From assembly GCA_040219255.1 (NCBI GenBank), contig JAVJSW010000008.1:1-64000 (forward strand): 64,000 bases of DNA, read 5' to 3'. The notes below the pieces were generated by a model, which was not told the DNA's origin, searched no databases, and saw only the letters and a program-made list of their open reading frames with translations. Positions 44,814-53,937 of this stretch are shown here, one piece after another; the stretch's first letter is position 1, and each line of letters opens with the position of its first letter. Made by a program: the position numbers and the translations under genes. This DNA comes from Sumerlaeia bacterium (GTDB lineage Bacteria > Sumerlaeota > Sumerlaeia > SLMS01 > JAHLLQ01).

Positions 44814-46034
44814 CTATTCAACCGACTTCGAATCCATATCCACAGGCACGAAAATCAGCGGCACCGGCAGACAGGACGCGCCCGGGGGCGAGTAGGTGAT
44901 GTGGATGGTGCCCGTTTCGCCCTCAGGGACGGGCGGGAAGACCTGGATCACGGCGACTTCCGGTGGTTTGCGGACGTTGAGCTGGTTGCTCGGAATCGGG
45001 ACGATGCCGCCTTCGTGAAGGCCGTCGCTGACGCGCACCGAGGCCGCCATGCCGCCGCACCACTGCGAAGACTCGAAACGCGAGTTCCACGTCACCAGCG
45101 CGAGGCCCTTGCCGTCAGGCGTCTTGTAGTTCAGTTCGATCTCGTACATGACGCCGTAGTTACCCGCCAGATCGACGATTTCGCCGCTCGAGCTGTCGAT
45201 GCCCCGCACCCAGGGATCGCGTTCGTCGTCAGCGACGAGGAGTTGCACCACGCCCGACGTTGTATCGATGACCCCTGCCTCGCGGTTACGGATCAGGTAG
45301 TTGCTGACGCCGAACTTGCCCCGGCCCGCGTTCTTCTTCTTCTCGATGGGAATGACTTCGGCAAGGCGCTCGCTGGCTTCGGCGCTGCCGGTTTCCGGGT
45401 CGGTCTGGACGACCGAGACGGTGGCCGGTTGGTCGATCACGAATTCGTAGAGGCCGTGAACGAGATCGTTGTAGTTGGCGATGCGGCTCTCCATGTCCGA
45501 GTCCAGCGGCGCGGATTCCCCCGGGGCCAAGGTCATGGTGCGGTCGAGGCCTTCGGACGCGAAGTAATCGCGCAGGCCATTCTTGCCCACGCCGTGGTAA
45601 TTGCCCGAGGGCGGTTGGGACGAGAAGTGCAGGAAGCGCAGGTTCAGGTCCTCGCCGCCCTCGTTGCGGATGACAGCGTTGATGCGGCGGGGCATTTGCT
45701 CCGGTTCTTTGACGCCATTGACGTTATACATGTAGAGGCGCACCGCGCCGGGTTCGACCGGCTCGCGCATGGCGACGCCTTCCGGAACGCGGATGTATTC
45801 TGGTTCGTCGGAAAACAGGAACTGGGGCCCAGGCAGGATCACCTGCTCGTAATCCATGGCCGGGATGCTCTTGAAGGGGAAATCGGGGACATTGACCGCA
45901 TGACCGGGAGCGGCGGAGAGGAGGATTTCGCTGGTGCTGGAAGTCGGCTGATCGGCCGTCGTGGTCTCGTCGGCGGCGAGCGCCAAGGGCGAGAGCAGGA
46001 TGGGGAGGGCCAGAAGGGAAAGGGATGAACGCAT
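44814..46034 (-). CDS. secreted uncharacterised protein, paralog of the 43608 gene
   Basis: Signal peptide; FLFSDEPE, RLYMYNVNG, GNYGVMYEI and PPGAS.LP motifs. Confidence 0.8.
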   Translation of the reverse strand: MRSSLSLLALPILLSPLALAADETTTADQPTSSTSEILLSAAPGHAVNVPDFPFKSIPAMDYEQVILPGPQFLFSDEPEYIRVPEGVAMREPVEPGAVRLYMYNVNGVKEPEQMPRRINAVIRNEGGEDLNLRFLHFSSQPPSGNYHGVGKNGLRDYFASEGLDRTMTLAPGESAPLDSDMESRIANYNDLVHGLYEFVIDQPATVSVVQTDPETGSAEASERLAEVIPIEKKKNAGRGKFGVSNYLIRNREAGVIDTTSGVVQLLVADDERDPWVRGIDSSSGEIVDLAGNYGVMYEIELNYKTPDGKGLALVTWNSRFESSQWCGGMAASVRVSDGLHEGGIVPIPSNQLNVRKPPEVAVIQVFPPVPEGETGTIHITYSPPGASCLPVPLIFVPVDMDSKSVE

Positions 46035-46052
46035 TCGGAGAGAGGTATCCTC

Positions 46053-46066
46053 TGCAACTAGTTTCA
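46053..46066. promoter_or_regulatory. LacI-type operator TGCAACTAGTTTCA
   Basis: 19 bp upstream of the 46034 start; identical to the 16530 site. Confidence 0.65.
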
Positions 46067-46145
46067 GGCATTGTCCCGGTTCGACTCAAAAAGGGCAACG
46101 GGAAATTCAAACCACTGAGAATACAGAAGAAAGCTCTGTCCTGAT

Positions 46146-47549
46146 TTACGACTCTTCCGGAGCCACGCTCTGGGTCGCGGTCTGGCTCTTCAGCGCCGCC
46201 AACGCGAACAGCCCGAGCGCCGGCCACAGCTTGAGCGACATCGCCAGCCAGCCCACGCCCCGGTCGGCCGGGAAGGTGACGAGCGGGCGCGAGAGCTGGG
46301 CGAGGGCGGCAAGGCCCTCTCCCCCGCCACCGGTCCACTCGGCGATGGCCGCCGCGAACCGCCCAGGCCACGCCCACCCCACGATCAGGCGCCCCTCGAC
46401 AACCACGAAGTTGATACAGAAAACGGCCACAGCCAAGACGATGGCAGCCCGGCCCTTGGCGCCGCAGATGGGCCAGAGCAGCGCGGCCGCCACAAGCGCC
46501 TGCACCAGGTAATGGTCCCACATGATCGAGGGCACGAGCAGGCTCGTCAGGATCGCGAGGGCAAAAGTGGCGCGCTGGCGGGGGCCGAAACCAGTTCCAC
46601 GGTTCTTCCAGGTGACAAAGACGAAGACACCGAGGAGGGCGAGGCTCACCAGCCAGGTCAAGCCGTTGGCGGCTGCGGGGCCGAGGTCCGCCCAGGGACG
46701 CCCACTCTCCGCCGCCACGAACAGGTGGTGCATCAGCGAATTGACCGACTGGTTCATGGGATCGCGCCAGAAGGTCATGCCCTCAGCGGCCCAGGTGGAC
46801 TTGCCATAGCCCATGTCGGCCAGCACCGGCAGGAATTCCAGATGGGTCCCGAAGCCGGCGATCAGGGCGCTCAGCAGCGTCAGCCCCACCGCCCAGCCAA
46901 CCATCCAGGCCGCGCAGCGCCAGCGCCCGGCGAGCAGGAACCAGATCAGGAAAATCCCCGGCGTGATCTTGAACAGCATCAGCGCCGCCGCGATGCCGCC
47001 CAGCGCCATCGGCTTCCAACCGCGCGCCAACCCCACCGCCAGCAGCCCGCTGCCGAAGAGCAGCGCCGCGTTGAGTTGACCCGCATTGTTCTGGCGGTAA
47101 AGCGTGGCGTTGACGACCACCGCCCCGCCGACCAGGAGGACGCTCTTCCAATGCCATCGCCATCCGCCGGCGCACGCCGCCAACGCAAGCCCCGCCGCAA
47201 CGAACAGATGATTGCAAAGCTGCCACACCACCGCCGCCACGTGGAACGGCAGAAGGCTCAGCGGCCAGAGCACCATGCCGGTGAAGGGCAGGTAAACGTA
47301 GGGCAGGATGCTGCGGAAGCGCGGATCCTCGGCGGCGAAGACGAAGGCCGTCTCCTTCATCAGCTCCGCGTCGTAAGGGCTGGCGCCCTGGCCCATCAGC
47401 ACGGCGCCGAGGTAGATGTGCTTGAAGTCGTTCTGCTGGCTGTTGGCCAGCAGCGGCACGACCTGAAAGACCACATAGAGCGCCACCATCGCGGCCATGG
47501 CGACGAGTGCCTTGGTGCACTCCGGGCGATGCGGGCCGGTCGTGTTCAC
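46146..47549 (-). CDS. GT87/DUF2029 membrane glycosyltransferase (GT-C)
   Basis: DF..IY......G.SPY, YVYLPF, GQ.N, KITPG and NQS motifs; GTG start overlaps the upstream stop. Confidence 0.85.
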   Translation of the reverse strand: MNTTGPHRPECTKALVAMAAMVALYVVFQVVPLLANSQQNDFKHIYLGAVLMGQGASPYDAELMKETAFVFAAEDPRFRSILPYVYLPFTGMVLWPLSLLPFHVAAVVWQLCNHLFVAAGLALAACAGGWRWHWKSVLLVGGAVVVNATLYRQNNAGQLNAALLFGSGLLAVGLARGWKPMALGGIAAALMLFKITPGIFLIWFLLAGRWRCAAWMVGWAVGLTLLSALIAGFGTHLEFLPVLADMGYGKSTWAAEGMTFWRDPMNQSVNSLMHHLFVAAESGRPWADLGPAAANGLTWLVSLALLGVFVFVTWKNRGTGFGPRQRATFALAILTSLLVPSIMWDHYLVQALVAAALLWPICGAKGRAAIVLAVAVFCINFVVVEGRLIVGWAWPGRFAAAIAEWTGGGGEGLAALAQLSRPLVTFPADRGVGWLAMSLKLWPALGLFALAALKSQTATQSVAPEES

Positions 47550-49294
47550 GGCTGCGGTGTCCCGTACTGGGCCGAGTAAATCCGGCGGGCGCGGTCGATG
47601 CTGTCCTGCATTTCCGCCGAGTCCCGCATCCAGAGCGAAAACGCCGACCGCCCGACGGGAAAGGTGCCAATCCGCTCCCAGTCCGGGCTCTGGCGCAGGC
47701 GGGCCGAGAGACCGGTGAATTCGCCGGTCTGGCTGTCCTGGCGCACGGCGGTTACGATCCAAGTGACGCCGTACTCGTCGAGGTGTTCCTGCCATTCGGG
47801 AGCGCCAGCCAGGATTGACTGCTCCACGCGCCAGATGTCGGCACCGAAGATGTCGAAACGCGGATCGGTGAAGACTTTGTGTTCCTCGGGCGAGAGTCGC
47901 CAGATGAGATAACCGGCGAACCAGTTTTCGTTGAACATGCGGCCTTTCGGCTGGGCCAGTTCGACGAAATCGGCGATGTTCGAGGGGAAGGCGCTCTTCA
48001 CATACCCATCCCGATTCTGGAAGAAAGCGACGTTTCGCCGCGGGTAGTTATCCAGCCGCGCCGGGTCGAACTCCCAGGGAAACCAGTTCGTCAGCGCCAG
48101 ATACGCCACCAGCAGAATCGGTAAGGCTCCGATCACGACGCGGCCCTGGCGGCAGGGCACGCACGCCTGAAAACGCGCCCAAAGAAGCGTACTGGTGCGG
48201 GCGAGGAGCGGCGCGGCGGCAACGCTGAGGAGCAGGAGATGGCGCACGTGTTTGAGGCCCTGCCACGCGAAGAAGGCCGCGATGACGGCTTCGGCGGAAA
48301 GGGGCAGGCGCTCTTCGTCGCGCCGCCGGATACCGGAGACGACTTGCCAGATTACGAGCCCCGCGAGGAAGAAAACCGTGAAGTGGGAGATGATCGTGAA
48401 GCGAAACTCGGGGGGCTTCAATTCGCCGATCTGGGCGACCAAGTCGGTGTTACCGAGCACCCGCCCCGGCAGCGCGTACAGATGCCAACCGTAGGGGTTC
48501 GCAAAGGTGGCCAGGACGATCGCCGGGGCGAACGCCAGCCAGAAAACCGGCGGGCCGATCGAGGGCGGTTTCCGGAAAATGCGATGGAGCATGCCGGCCC
48601 AGCGATAGCGCTCGGCCAGCGAGGCCGCAAGGTCGCTGGCGCAGAACGCCGCCAGAATCACCGCCCCCGCCATCCAGGCCCCGTGCAGGTTCGTCCAGAG
48701 AGCGAAGAGCGGCACGAACACCCAGAGCCATCGCCTCCGCCACCAGCCCTGCTGGACGCCCACAAGCATCAGGATTTCGAAGGCCAGCAACAGGTTGGAG
48801 ACAACTGGCGGACGCGGAAAAAAGGTCCTTCGCCCGATGGCGCAGCACAGCATCGCCACAAAAAGCGCGATCCACCAGTTGCGCGAGATGCGTCCCGCCA
48901 GATACCAGACCAGAAGGTACGCCCCGCAGAGGACGAGCGCCTTCGCCAGGATCACCGCCCGCCAGCCGCCGAGCGTCGTGCCTTCGCCGGCCTGCCAGAT
49001 TTTCCAGGCGATCAATTGGGTCAGCCATTCGTGGTTGTGCCATTCGTAACTCTCGGCGGTATAGGCGAACACGTCGTAGGTGGGCAGGCCTTGTTCGGCG
49101 ATGACCTTGCCCGCCTTCACATGCCACCAGGCGTCGTTATCGGCGCGGATGGGAACGAGGGACAGGGACATGCAGAAAAGCACGAGCAGAAGTGCGCTGG
49201 CGGCGGCCTGCCAGCGCTGGGGCCACGGCGAGGAAGCATCGCCGGGCGGATTCGGAGTCTGCTCTTCTGGCAATTCGTCGGCGGTCGGGGTCAC
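47546..49294 (-). CDS. polytopic membrane protein, GT-C-like
   Basis: DNDAWWHVKAG, W.NHEWL, LWTNLHG, ANPYG and F.DPR.D motifs; GTG start coupled to the upstream stop. Confidence 0.75.
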   Translation of the reverse strand: MTPTADELPEEQTPNPPGDASSPWPQRWQAAASALLLVLFCMSLSLVPIRADNDAWWHVKAGKVIAEQGLPTYDVFAYTAESYEWHNHEWLTQLIAWKIWQAGEGTTLGGWRAVILAKALVLCGAYLLVWYLAGRISRNWWIALFVAMLCCAIGRRTFFPRPPVVSNLLLAFEILMLVGVQQGWWRRRWLWVFVPLFALWTNLHGAWMAGAVILAAFCASDLAASLAERYRWAGMLHRIFRKPPSIGPPVFWLAFAPAIVLATFANPYGWHLYALPGRVLGNTDLVAQIGELKPPEFRFTIISHFTVFFLAGLVIWQVVSGIRRRDEERLPLSAEAVIAAFFAWQGLKHVRHLLLLSVAAAPLLARTSTLLWARFQACVPCRQGRVVIGALPILLVAYLALTNWFPWEFDPARLDNYPRRNVAFFQNRDGYVKSAFPSNIADFVELAQPKGRMFNENWFAGYLIWRLSPEEHKVFTDPRFDIFGADIWRVEQSILAGAPEWQEHLDEYGVTWIVTAVRQDSQTGEFTGLSARLRQSPDWERIGTFPVGRSAFSLWMRDSAEMQDSIDRARRIYSAQYGTPQP

Positions 49295-49695
49295 TCGTCT
49301 TCGTTCATGACGTGGTCGAGCACATCGTCGGCCACGAAAATCGGGACATCCGCCTTGGCGGAAAGGACGACGGCGTCGCTGGGGCGGCAGTCGATCTTGA
49401 CCATTTCGCCAGTTTCCAGACGCACCATGAGCTTTCCGTGAAAGGTGTCGTTGGTCAGGCTGTCGACGACCACGCCTTCCAGGGCGCCGTTCATGCCCTC
49501 GATCACGTTGAGGATCAGGTCGTGGGTCAGGGGCCGTGCGGCTTTGCGCCGGCGGACCGCGTCGTCGGCCTGACTGGCTTCGTAGAGGCCGATAAAAATA
49601 GGGAAGGAGCGCGCGCCGTCTTTTTCCTCCAGCACGATGATCTGGTGGGGAGAGACATGGCTGATCTGGATTTCCCGGAGTTCCATCTCGACCAT
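49291..49695 (-). CDS. bifunctional nuclease family protein (DUF151)
   Basis: FPIFIG..EA, RPLTHDL and IDCRPSDA motifs. Confidence 0.92.
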   Translation of the reverse strand: MVEMELREIQISHVSPHQIIVLEEKDGARSFPIFIGLYEASQADDAVRRRKAARPLTHDLILNVIEGMNGALEGVVVDSLTNDTFHGKLMVRLETGEMVKIDCRPSDAVVLSAKADVPIFVADDVLDHVMNEDE

Positions 49696-49809
49696 GAAGT
49701 GCTATCCTTTGAGGGGGAAAATGAGTCTCGCACGGGGCCATCCCAGCCACGAACCCCACAATGGAAATCGGGCGGGAAGCGGGCAACGGTTTTCATACAA
49801 GAGTCGCGC

Positions 49810-50748
49810 CTAAGGCGTGGCGCTCTCGTGCTCTTTTGTGGCCGAGAGGCATTCACAGGTGGCGGGAACCAGAAAGCGCAGGGCGTGGGGAAAGACCTCG
49901 AAGCGGAACAGGTCAGAGCGCATCGGTTCGCCGTCGGCGTTGACCTGTAGGCCGCCGGGGGTATGCACCTCGATCCAGGGGAGTTTCTTGTAGAGGATGG
50001 CCGGGTTGTTGATTTCGCGGTGATTGAGTATCCGGGCGACGGCGGCGAAGCGTTCCTCGAAGGGCATGTCCGGAATGACCAGCACGTCCAGCAAGCCATC
50101 GTCGATGCGGGCGTCGTAGGCGACTTCGAAGCCGCCGCCGGAAGTGCGGCCGTTCTGAACACAAAGGCCCGCCAGGGGGCCCCGCCATTCGAAGTCATCG
50201 CTGACCAGGTGGGCTTCGAAGGGAACTTCCTGGAAGAGTTTCATGAAGCCGGAAACATGGTAGGACGCGCCGCCGAGGAGGCGTTTGAGGGACGGCGGGG
50301 TGCCGGTGGTGATTTCCGCCGCCAGCCCACCGGTGGCGGAGTTGACGAAGAGACGGTCGTTGATGCGGCCGACATCGATGGGAACGGGGTCGATCTCGCA
50401 GAGGAGTTTCAGGTCTTCGCTGGGCGCGTCGTCCTGGAGCCCGATGGCCCGGGCGAAGTCGTTGCCTGTGCCATAAGGCAACACACCCACGGCACAATCG
50501 GGGTGCGCGGAATTCAAGACGCCATTCACAACTTCGTTCAAGGTGCCGTCGCCGCCGGCTGCGATCACGGCACGGGCACCTTCCTCGACGGAGCGAGCGG
50601 CCCATCGCTCGGCTTCGCCGGGTTCCCAGAGCGCGTGCACCAGGATGTCGTGGCCCAGGGCCCGAAGGTGGTAAACGGCTTCGCGGAGAAACTCGTCCTG
50701 GGCGGCCCGGGGGTTCAAGAAAATGACAATGGGTTGGGGGGTGGTCAT
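49810..50748 (-). CDS. yegS: YegS/diacylglycerol-kinase-family lipid kinase
   Basis: AAGGDGTLNEV, PYGTGNDFAR, NGR..GGG, DDGLLD and N.DGE motifs. Confidence 0.88.
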   Translation of the reverse strand: MTTPQPIVIFLNPRAAQDEFLREAVYHLRALGHDILVHALWEPGEAERWAARSVEEGARAVIAAGGDGTLNEVVNGVLNSAHPDCAVGVLPYGTGNDFARAIGLQDDAPSEDLKLLCEIDPVPIDVGRINDRLFVNSATGGLAAEITTGTPPSLKRLLGGASYHVSGFMKLFQEVPFEAHLVSDDFEWRGPLAGLCVQNGRTSGGGFEVAYDARIDDGLLDVLVIPDMPFEERFAAVARILNHREINNPAILYKKLPWIEVHTPGGLQVNADGEPMRSDLFRFEVFPHALRFLVPATCECLSATKEHESATP

Positions 50749-50815
50749 GGGGTCCGGCTCTCGCGAAATCCTGTTCGCGTAGAGATAGCCAACTCCAGAC
50801 CAGGAGGCCGCCGCG

Positions 50816-51244
50816 TCAGTGGACGGAATGAATGGCCCGGCCCACCGCCAGACCGACGATCTGCTGGGCCTCGACGCGGCTCTGCACGAGGGGCACCTGG
50901 CGGAAATCGACCCAGCGGCGCTCGCGGTCGTCTCTCTCCGGCCAATCGTCGAGGACCTCCTCGACCCGCAGCAGGAATGTGCGAACCTGGTGCAAGGTGC
51001 CCCACTTCATATACTCCCACTCGCCCACTTCCGGCAGCAGGATTTCGCCGCGGACGCCCGCTTCCTCGTAGGCTTCCTGGGCAGCCTGGGCGGGCGCGTC
51101 CCTGCCGGGATCGATGTCGCCCTTGGGAAAGATCCACTGGCGGGTGGTGCTGCTGGTGACGAGAAGGAACTCGAGTTCGCCATCCGCCGCGATGCGAAAG
51201 GGAATCGCGCCGGCTTGCTTCTGCAACTCGTAAAGCATGAGCAA
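50816..51244 (-). CDS. NUDIX hydrolase
   Basis: WIFPKG...AAQEAYEEAGVRG Nudix box. Confidence 0.9.
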   Translation of the reverse strand: MLMLYELQKQAGAIPFRIAADGELEFLLVTSSTTRQWIFPKGDIDPGRDAPAQAAQEAYEEAGVRGEILLPEVGEWEYMKWGTLHQVRTFLLRVEEVLDDWPERDDRERRWVDFRQVPLVQSRVEAQQIVGLAVGRAIHSVH

Positions 51245-51365
51245 TCAATCCTTGCCGCTTGGCGGTCGGTTGCCTCAAAAATTCTTCGACGTTTTTTCTT
51301 GCCGTTCATAGCGGCGCAACGCATTCCTGCCCGAAAGATTCGCGTCGAGAGGCTCACCCAATTCT

Positions 51366-52502
51366 ATGTTCGATAACCTCGGACCCACCGCCCCGCGAAA
51401 AGTGCTCCTGCTCTGTGGAGGCCCCTCCGCGGAATACGTCGTTTCCCTCACCAGCGCCCGATGCGCGGCCCACGCCCTGGACCGCCATCGCTATCAGCTT
51501 CGGGTGGCTTGCGTGACAGACGACGGTTCCTGGATTGTTCCCGACGAAAACTGGTCGTCGGATACGCCCCCTTCGCGCGTGGAAAAGTTCTTCGATCTGC
51601 TCGACATGCCCGAGCTTTGCCCCCGCGGCTACCTGACCCGCAGGGCCGCTGGCGAGGCGATCACCCGCATCCTGGCCTGGCGCCCCGACATCGTTCTGCC
51701 GATCATGCACGGTGCCTACGGCGAAGACGGCCGCCTTCAGGGCATGCTCGATTTCCTGAACATCCCCTACGTGGGCAGCGGCGTTCTCGCCAGCTCGCTC
51801 TCCATGGACAAGAAACGCACCAAGGACTTCCTGGCCGCCAACGGCATCCGCGTCGCCCCTCACGTCCTGATCCAATCCGCTTCATCGCAGATGCTCAAAG
51901 AAGATCAGATGGCGGCGGCGGGAAACCTGATGGGCTGGCCGCTGGTGGTGAAGCCCAATCGCGGCGGCTCGTCCATCGCCTCCGGCATCGCCCGCGGCGA
52001 AGAGGAACTGCGCTCGCTGGTGCTGCGCGCCACCGACGCCGATTCGGAAATCCTGATCGAGCAATACGTCGCCGGGCGGGAAGTGACCTGCGGCATTTTG
52101 GACATGGCCGAAAGTTTCGGCGGACGAGTGCTTTGCCCGCCGACGGAAATCCGCCCCAAGTCTTCCCACTTCTTCGATTTCGATGCCAAGTACCGCCCCG
52201 GCGCCAGCGAGGAAATCACCCCCGCTCCCCTGCCCGACGAAGTGACCAACCGCATCCACGCGATGGCGGAAAAAGCCCATGACCTCCTGGGCTGCAAAGG
52301 CATGAGCCGCAGCGACTTCATGGTCAAAGACAACGGCCAGCCAATCTATCTGGAAACCAACACGATCCCCGGGCTCACCTCCACATCCCTCCTGCCGCAA
52401 GGCGCGGCGGCCCTCGGAATCAACATGACGACCCTGCTCACGGGGCTCATCGAAGGCGCCTTCGAGCGCTTGATCGAACAACAAACCCGGCGCCACGCCT
52501 GA
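51366..52502 (+). CDS. ddl: D-alanine--D-alanine ligase
   Basis: GGPSAEY.VSL.S, HGAYGEDG, MDK, KP..GGSS and ETNTIPGLT..SLLP motifs. Confidence 0.93.
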   Translation: MFDNLGPTAPRKVLLLCGGPSAEYVVSLTSARCAAHALDRHRYQLRVACVTDDGSWIVPDENWSSDTPPSRVEKFFDLLDMPELCPRGYLTRRAAGEAITRILAWRPDIVLPIMHGAYGEDGRLQGMLDFLNIPYVGSGVLASSLSMDKKRTKDFLAANGIRVAPHVLIQSASSQMLKEDQMAAAGNLMGWPLVVKPNRGGSSIASGIARGEEELRSLVLRATDADSEILIEQYVAGREVTCGILDMAESFGGRVLCPPTEIRPKSSHFFDFDAKYRPGASEEITPAPLPDEVTNRIHAMAEKAHDLLGCKGMSRSDFMVKDNGQPIYLETNTIPGLTSTSLLPQGAAALGINMTTLLTGLIEGAFERLIEQQTRRHA

Positions 52503-52624
52503 TCCCCGGTCGGCAGCGTCTGAATCAGCCGGACGAACACCGCCCGGCAAGTTGACGTTTTGGGCCAAACAGACAAAACTTAATTTCAAATTTGTCTCTT
52601 CGCAAAAGAGAAAAGGACCCTGCC

Positions 52625-52717
52625 ATGGCAACACTGACCATTCCGCTCATCCTCGGACTCATCCTGCTGAGCATCGGCCTCGATCACTACGATGAGTTCA
52701 TGCAGCGCAATCACTAG
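52625..52717 (+). CDS. putative 30-aa single-TM small protein
   Basis: AAAAGGA RBS; MATLTIPLILGLILLSIGLDHYDEFMQRNH; too short for the ORF track. Confidence 0.5.
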   Translation: MATLTIPLILGLILLSIGLDHYDEFMQRNH

Positions 52718-53232
52718 GCGGGGGGATCGAGTTTCCGCAGCACCCGCGCCGGGTTGCCACCGATCACCTGCCACCCATCCGGGAAGGACTTGGTGACGAC
52801 GGCTCCGGCGCCGACGATGGTGTTCTCGCCCAGTTCCACACCGGGCAAAATCACCGCGTTCATGCCGATCCAGGTGCGGGCGCCGAGCCGAATCGGCGGG
52901 GCCTCCAGATGGCGGCTGTTGTCGTAGAGGTCGTGGTTGGCGCTGATCAGCCCAACCCCAGGCGCCAGGTTGCAATCATCGCCGACTATGATTCCGTTGT
53001 GGCCGTTGATGTAGCAATGGGGCGAATCGCCGGGAAAAGTGCGGGCGCCGAGTTGGACCTTCTGGCCGTTGATAACGATGCTGGTCCAATGCACGGGCCA
53101 AGGCGCGCGGCGGTTGAGGCCGGCGATCTGCCCGAGGCGGAACAGGACGTAAAACTTGGTTCCGCAACCCTCCGGAACGCGCAGGACGCGTTTGAGCCAG
53201 CCGGGCGCGGGGCGGGGAGCGGGGTCGGTCAT
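52714..53232 (-). CDS. hexapeptide-repeat O-acetyltransferase
   Basis: WIGMNAVILPGV.LG...IVGAGAVVTKS and GGNPAR motifs. Confidence 0.9.
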   Translation of the reverse strand: MTDPAPRPAPGWLKRVLRVPEGCGTKFYVLFRLGQIAGLNRRAPWPVHWTSIVINGQKVQLGARTFPGDSPHCYINGHNGIIVGDDCNLAPGVGLISANHDLYDNSRHLEAPPIRLGARTWIGMNAVILPGVELGENTIVGAGAVVTKSFPDGWQVIGGNPARVLRKLDPPA

Positions 53233-53810
53233 CGGCGCTTTTTCTTTTTCGGTTTCGCGGATTTTTTGGCGGCCTTGCGGGGCGACTCGATCTCGACGAG
53301 ACGGACGCCTTCGTCGACGATGGTGATATAGGACGGCAACGGAAAGCCCATGACAAAGCCAACGAAGTCGATGGCCTTCGCGATGGGGCCGCCGCTGACC
53401 ACGGCCACCCGGCAGCAGTCTTTCGCGTCGTAAACGCGGACGCCCTTGAGGCGCATTTCGAGGAGCGCCTGACCGATCATTTCGCCGAAGACGAGAGGTT
53501 CCTGGAGCACGACGCCGAAGGGCCGTTCCCACCGCCCACCCTCGCCCTCAAGACACTTCCCGGCCAGCACCAGGTCCTCGTCCGGCGGCGCGCCGAGACG
53601 CACCAGTTGCTCCCGGAAACGGGCACTGCAAATCTCCAGACCCTCCTGCGAATTGGCGCTCAGAACCACCTTGCGCTTGAGCCAGTCGAAGTCGAAGTCG
53701 GGCGCGAAGTCTCGCTGCGCCGGGTGCTCGCAGACGATCTTGAGGGCTTTCAGGACCTGGCTGGGGCCGATGCGGGCTTCGAGGCGAAAGGAACGGGTTT
53801 CGATGGGCAT
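53229..53810 (-). CDS. hypothetical protein
   Basis: 193-aa ORF whose stop overlaps the next start; basic C-terminal tail. Confidence 0.6.
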   Translation of the reverse strand: MPIETRSFRLEARIGPSQVLKALKIVCEHPAQRDFAPDFDFDWLKRKVVLSANSQEGLEICSARFREQLVRLGAPPDEDLVLAGKCLEGEGGRWERPFGVVLQEPLVFGEMIGQALLEMRLKGVRVYDAKDCCRVAVVSGGPIAKAIDFVGFVMGFPLPSYITIVDEGVRLVEIESPRKAAKKSAKPKKKKRR

Positions 53811-53937
53811 GGACGAAGGCGGTGGAGGGTGGGGTGGTTTCCTCGTCAGCTAAGAATCTGGAGGTCTTCCGGGCAAGCCATTCCAGAGGGCCTGGTCCTT
53901 GGGTGCGATTGGGAGCGCATGCGGTGGGGCCGTGAGG

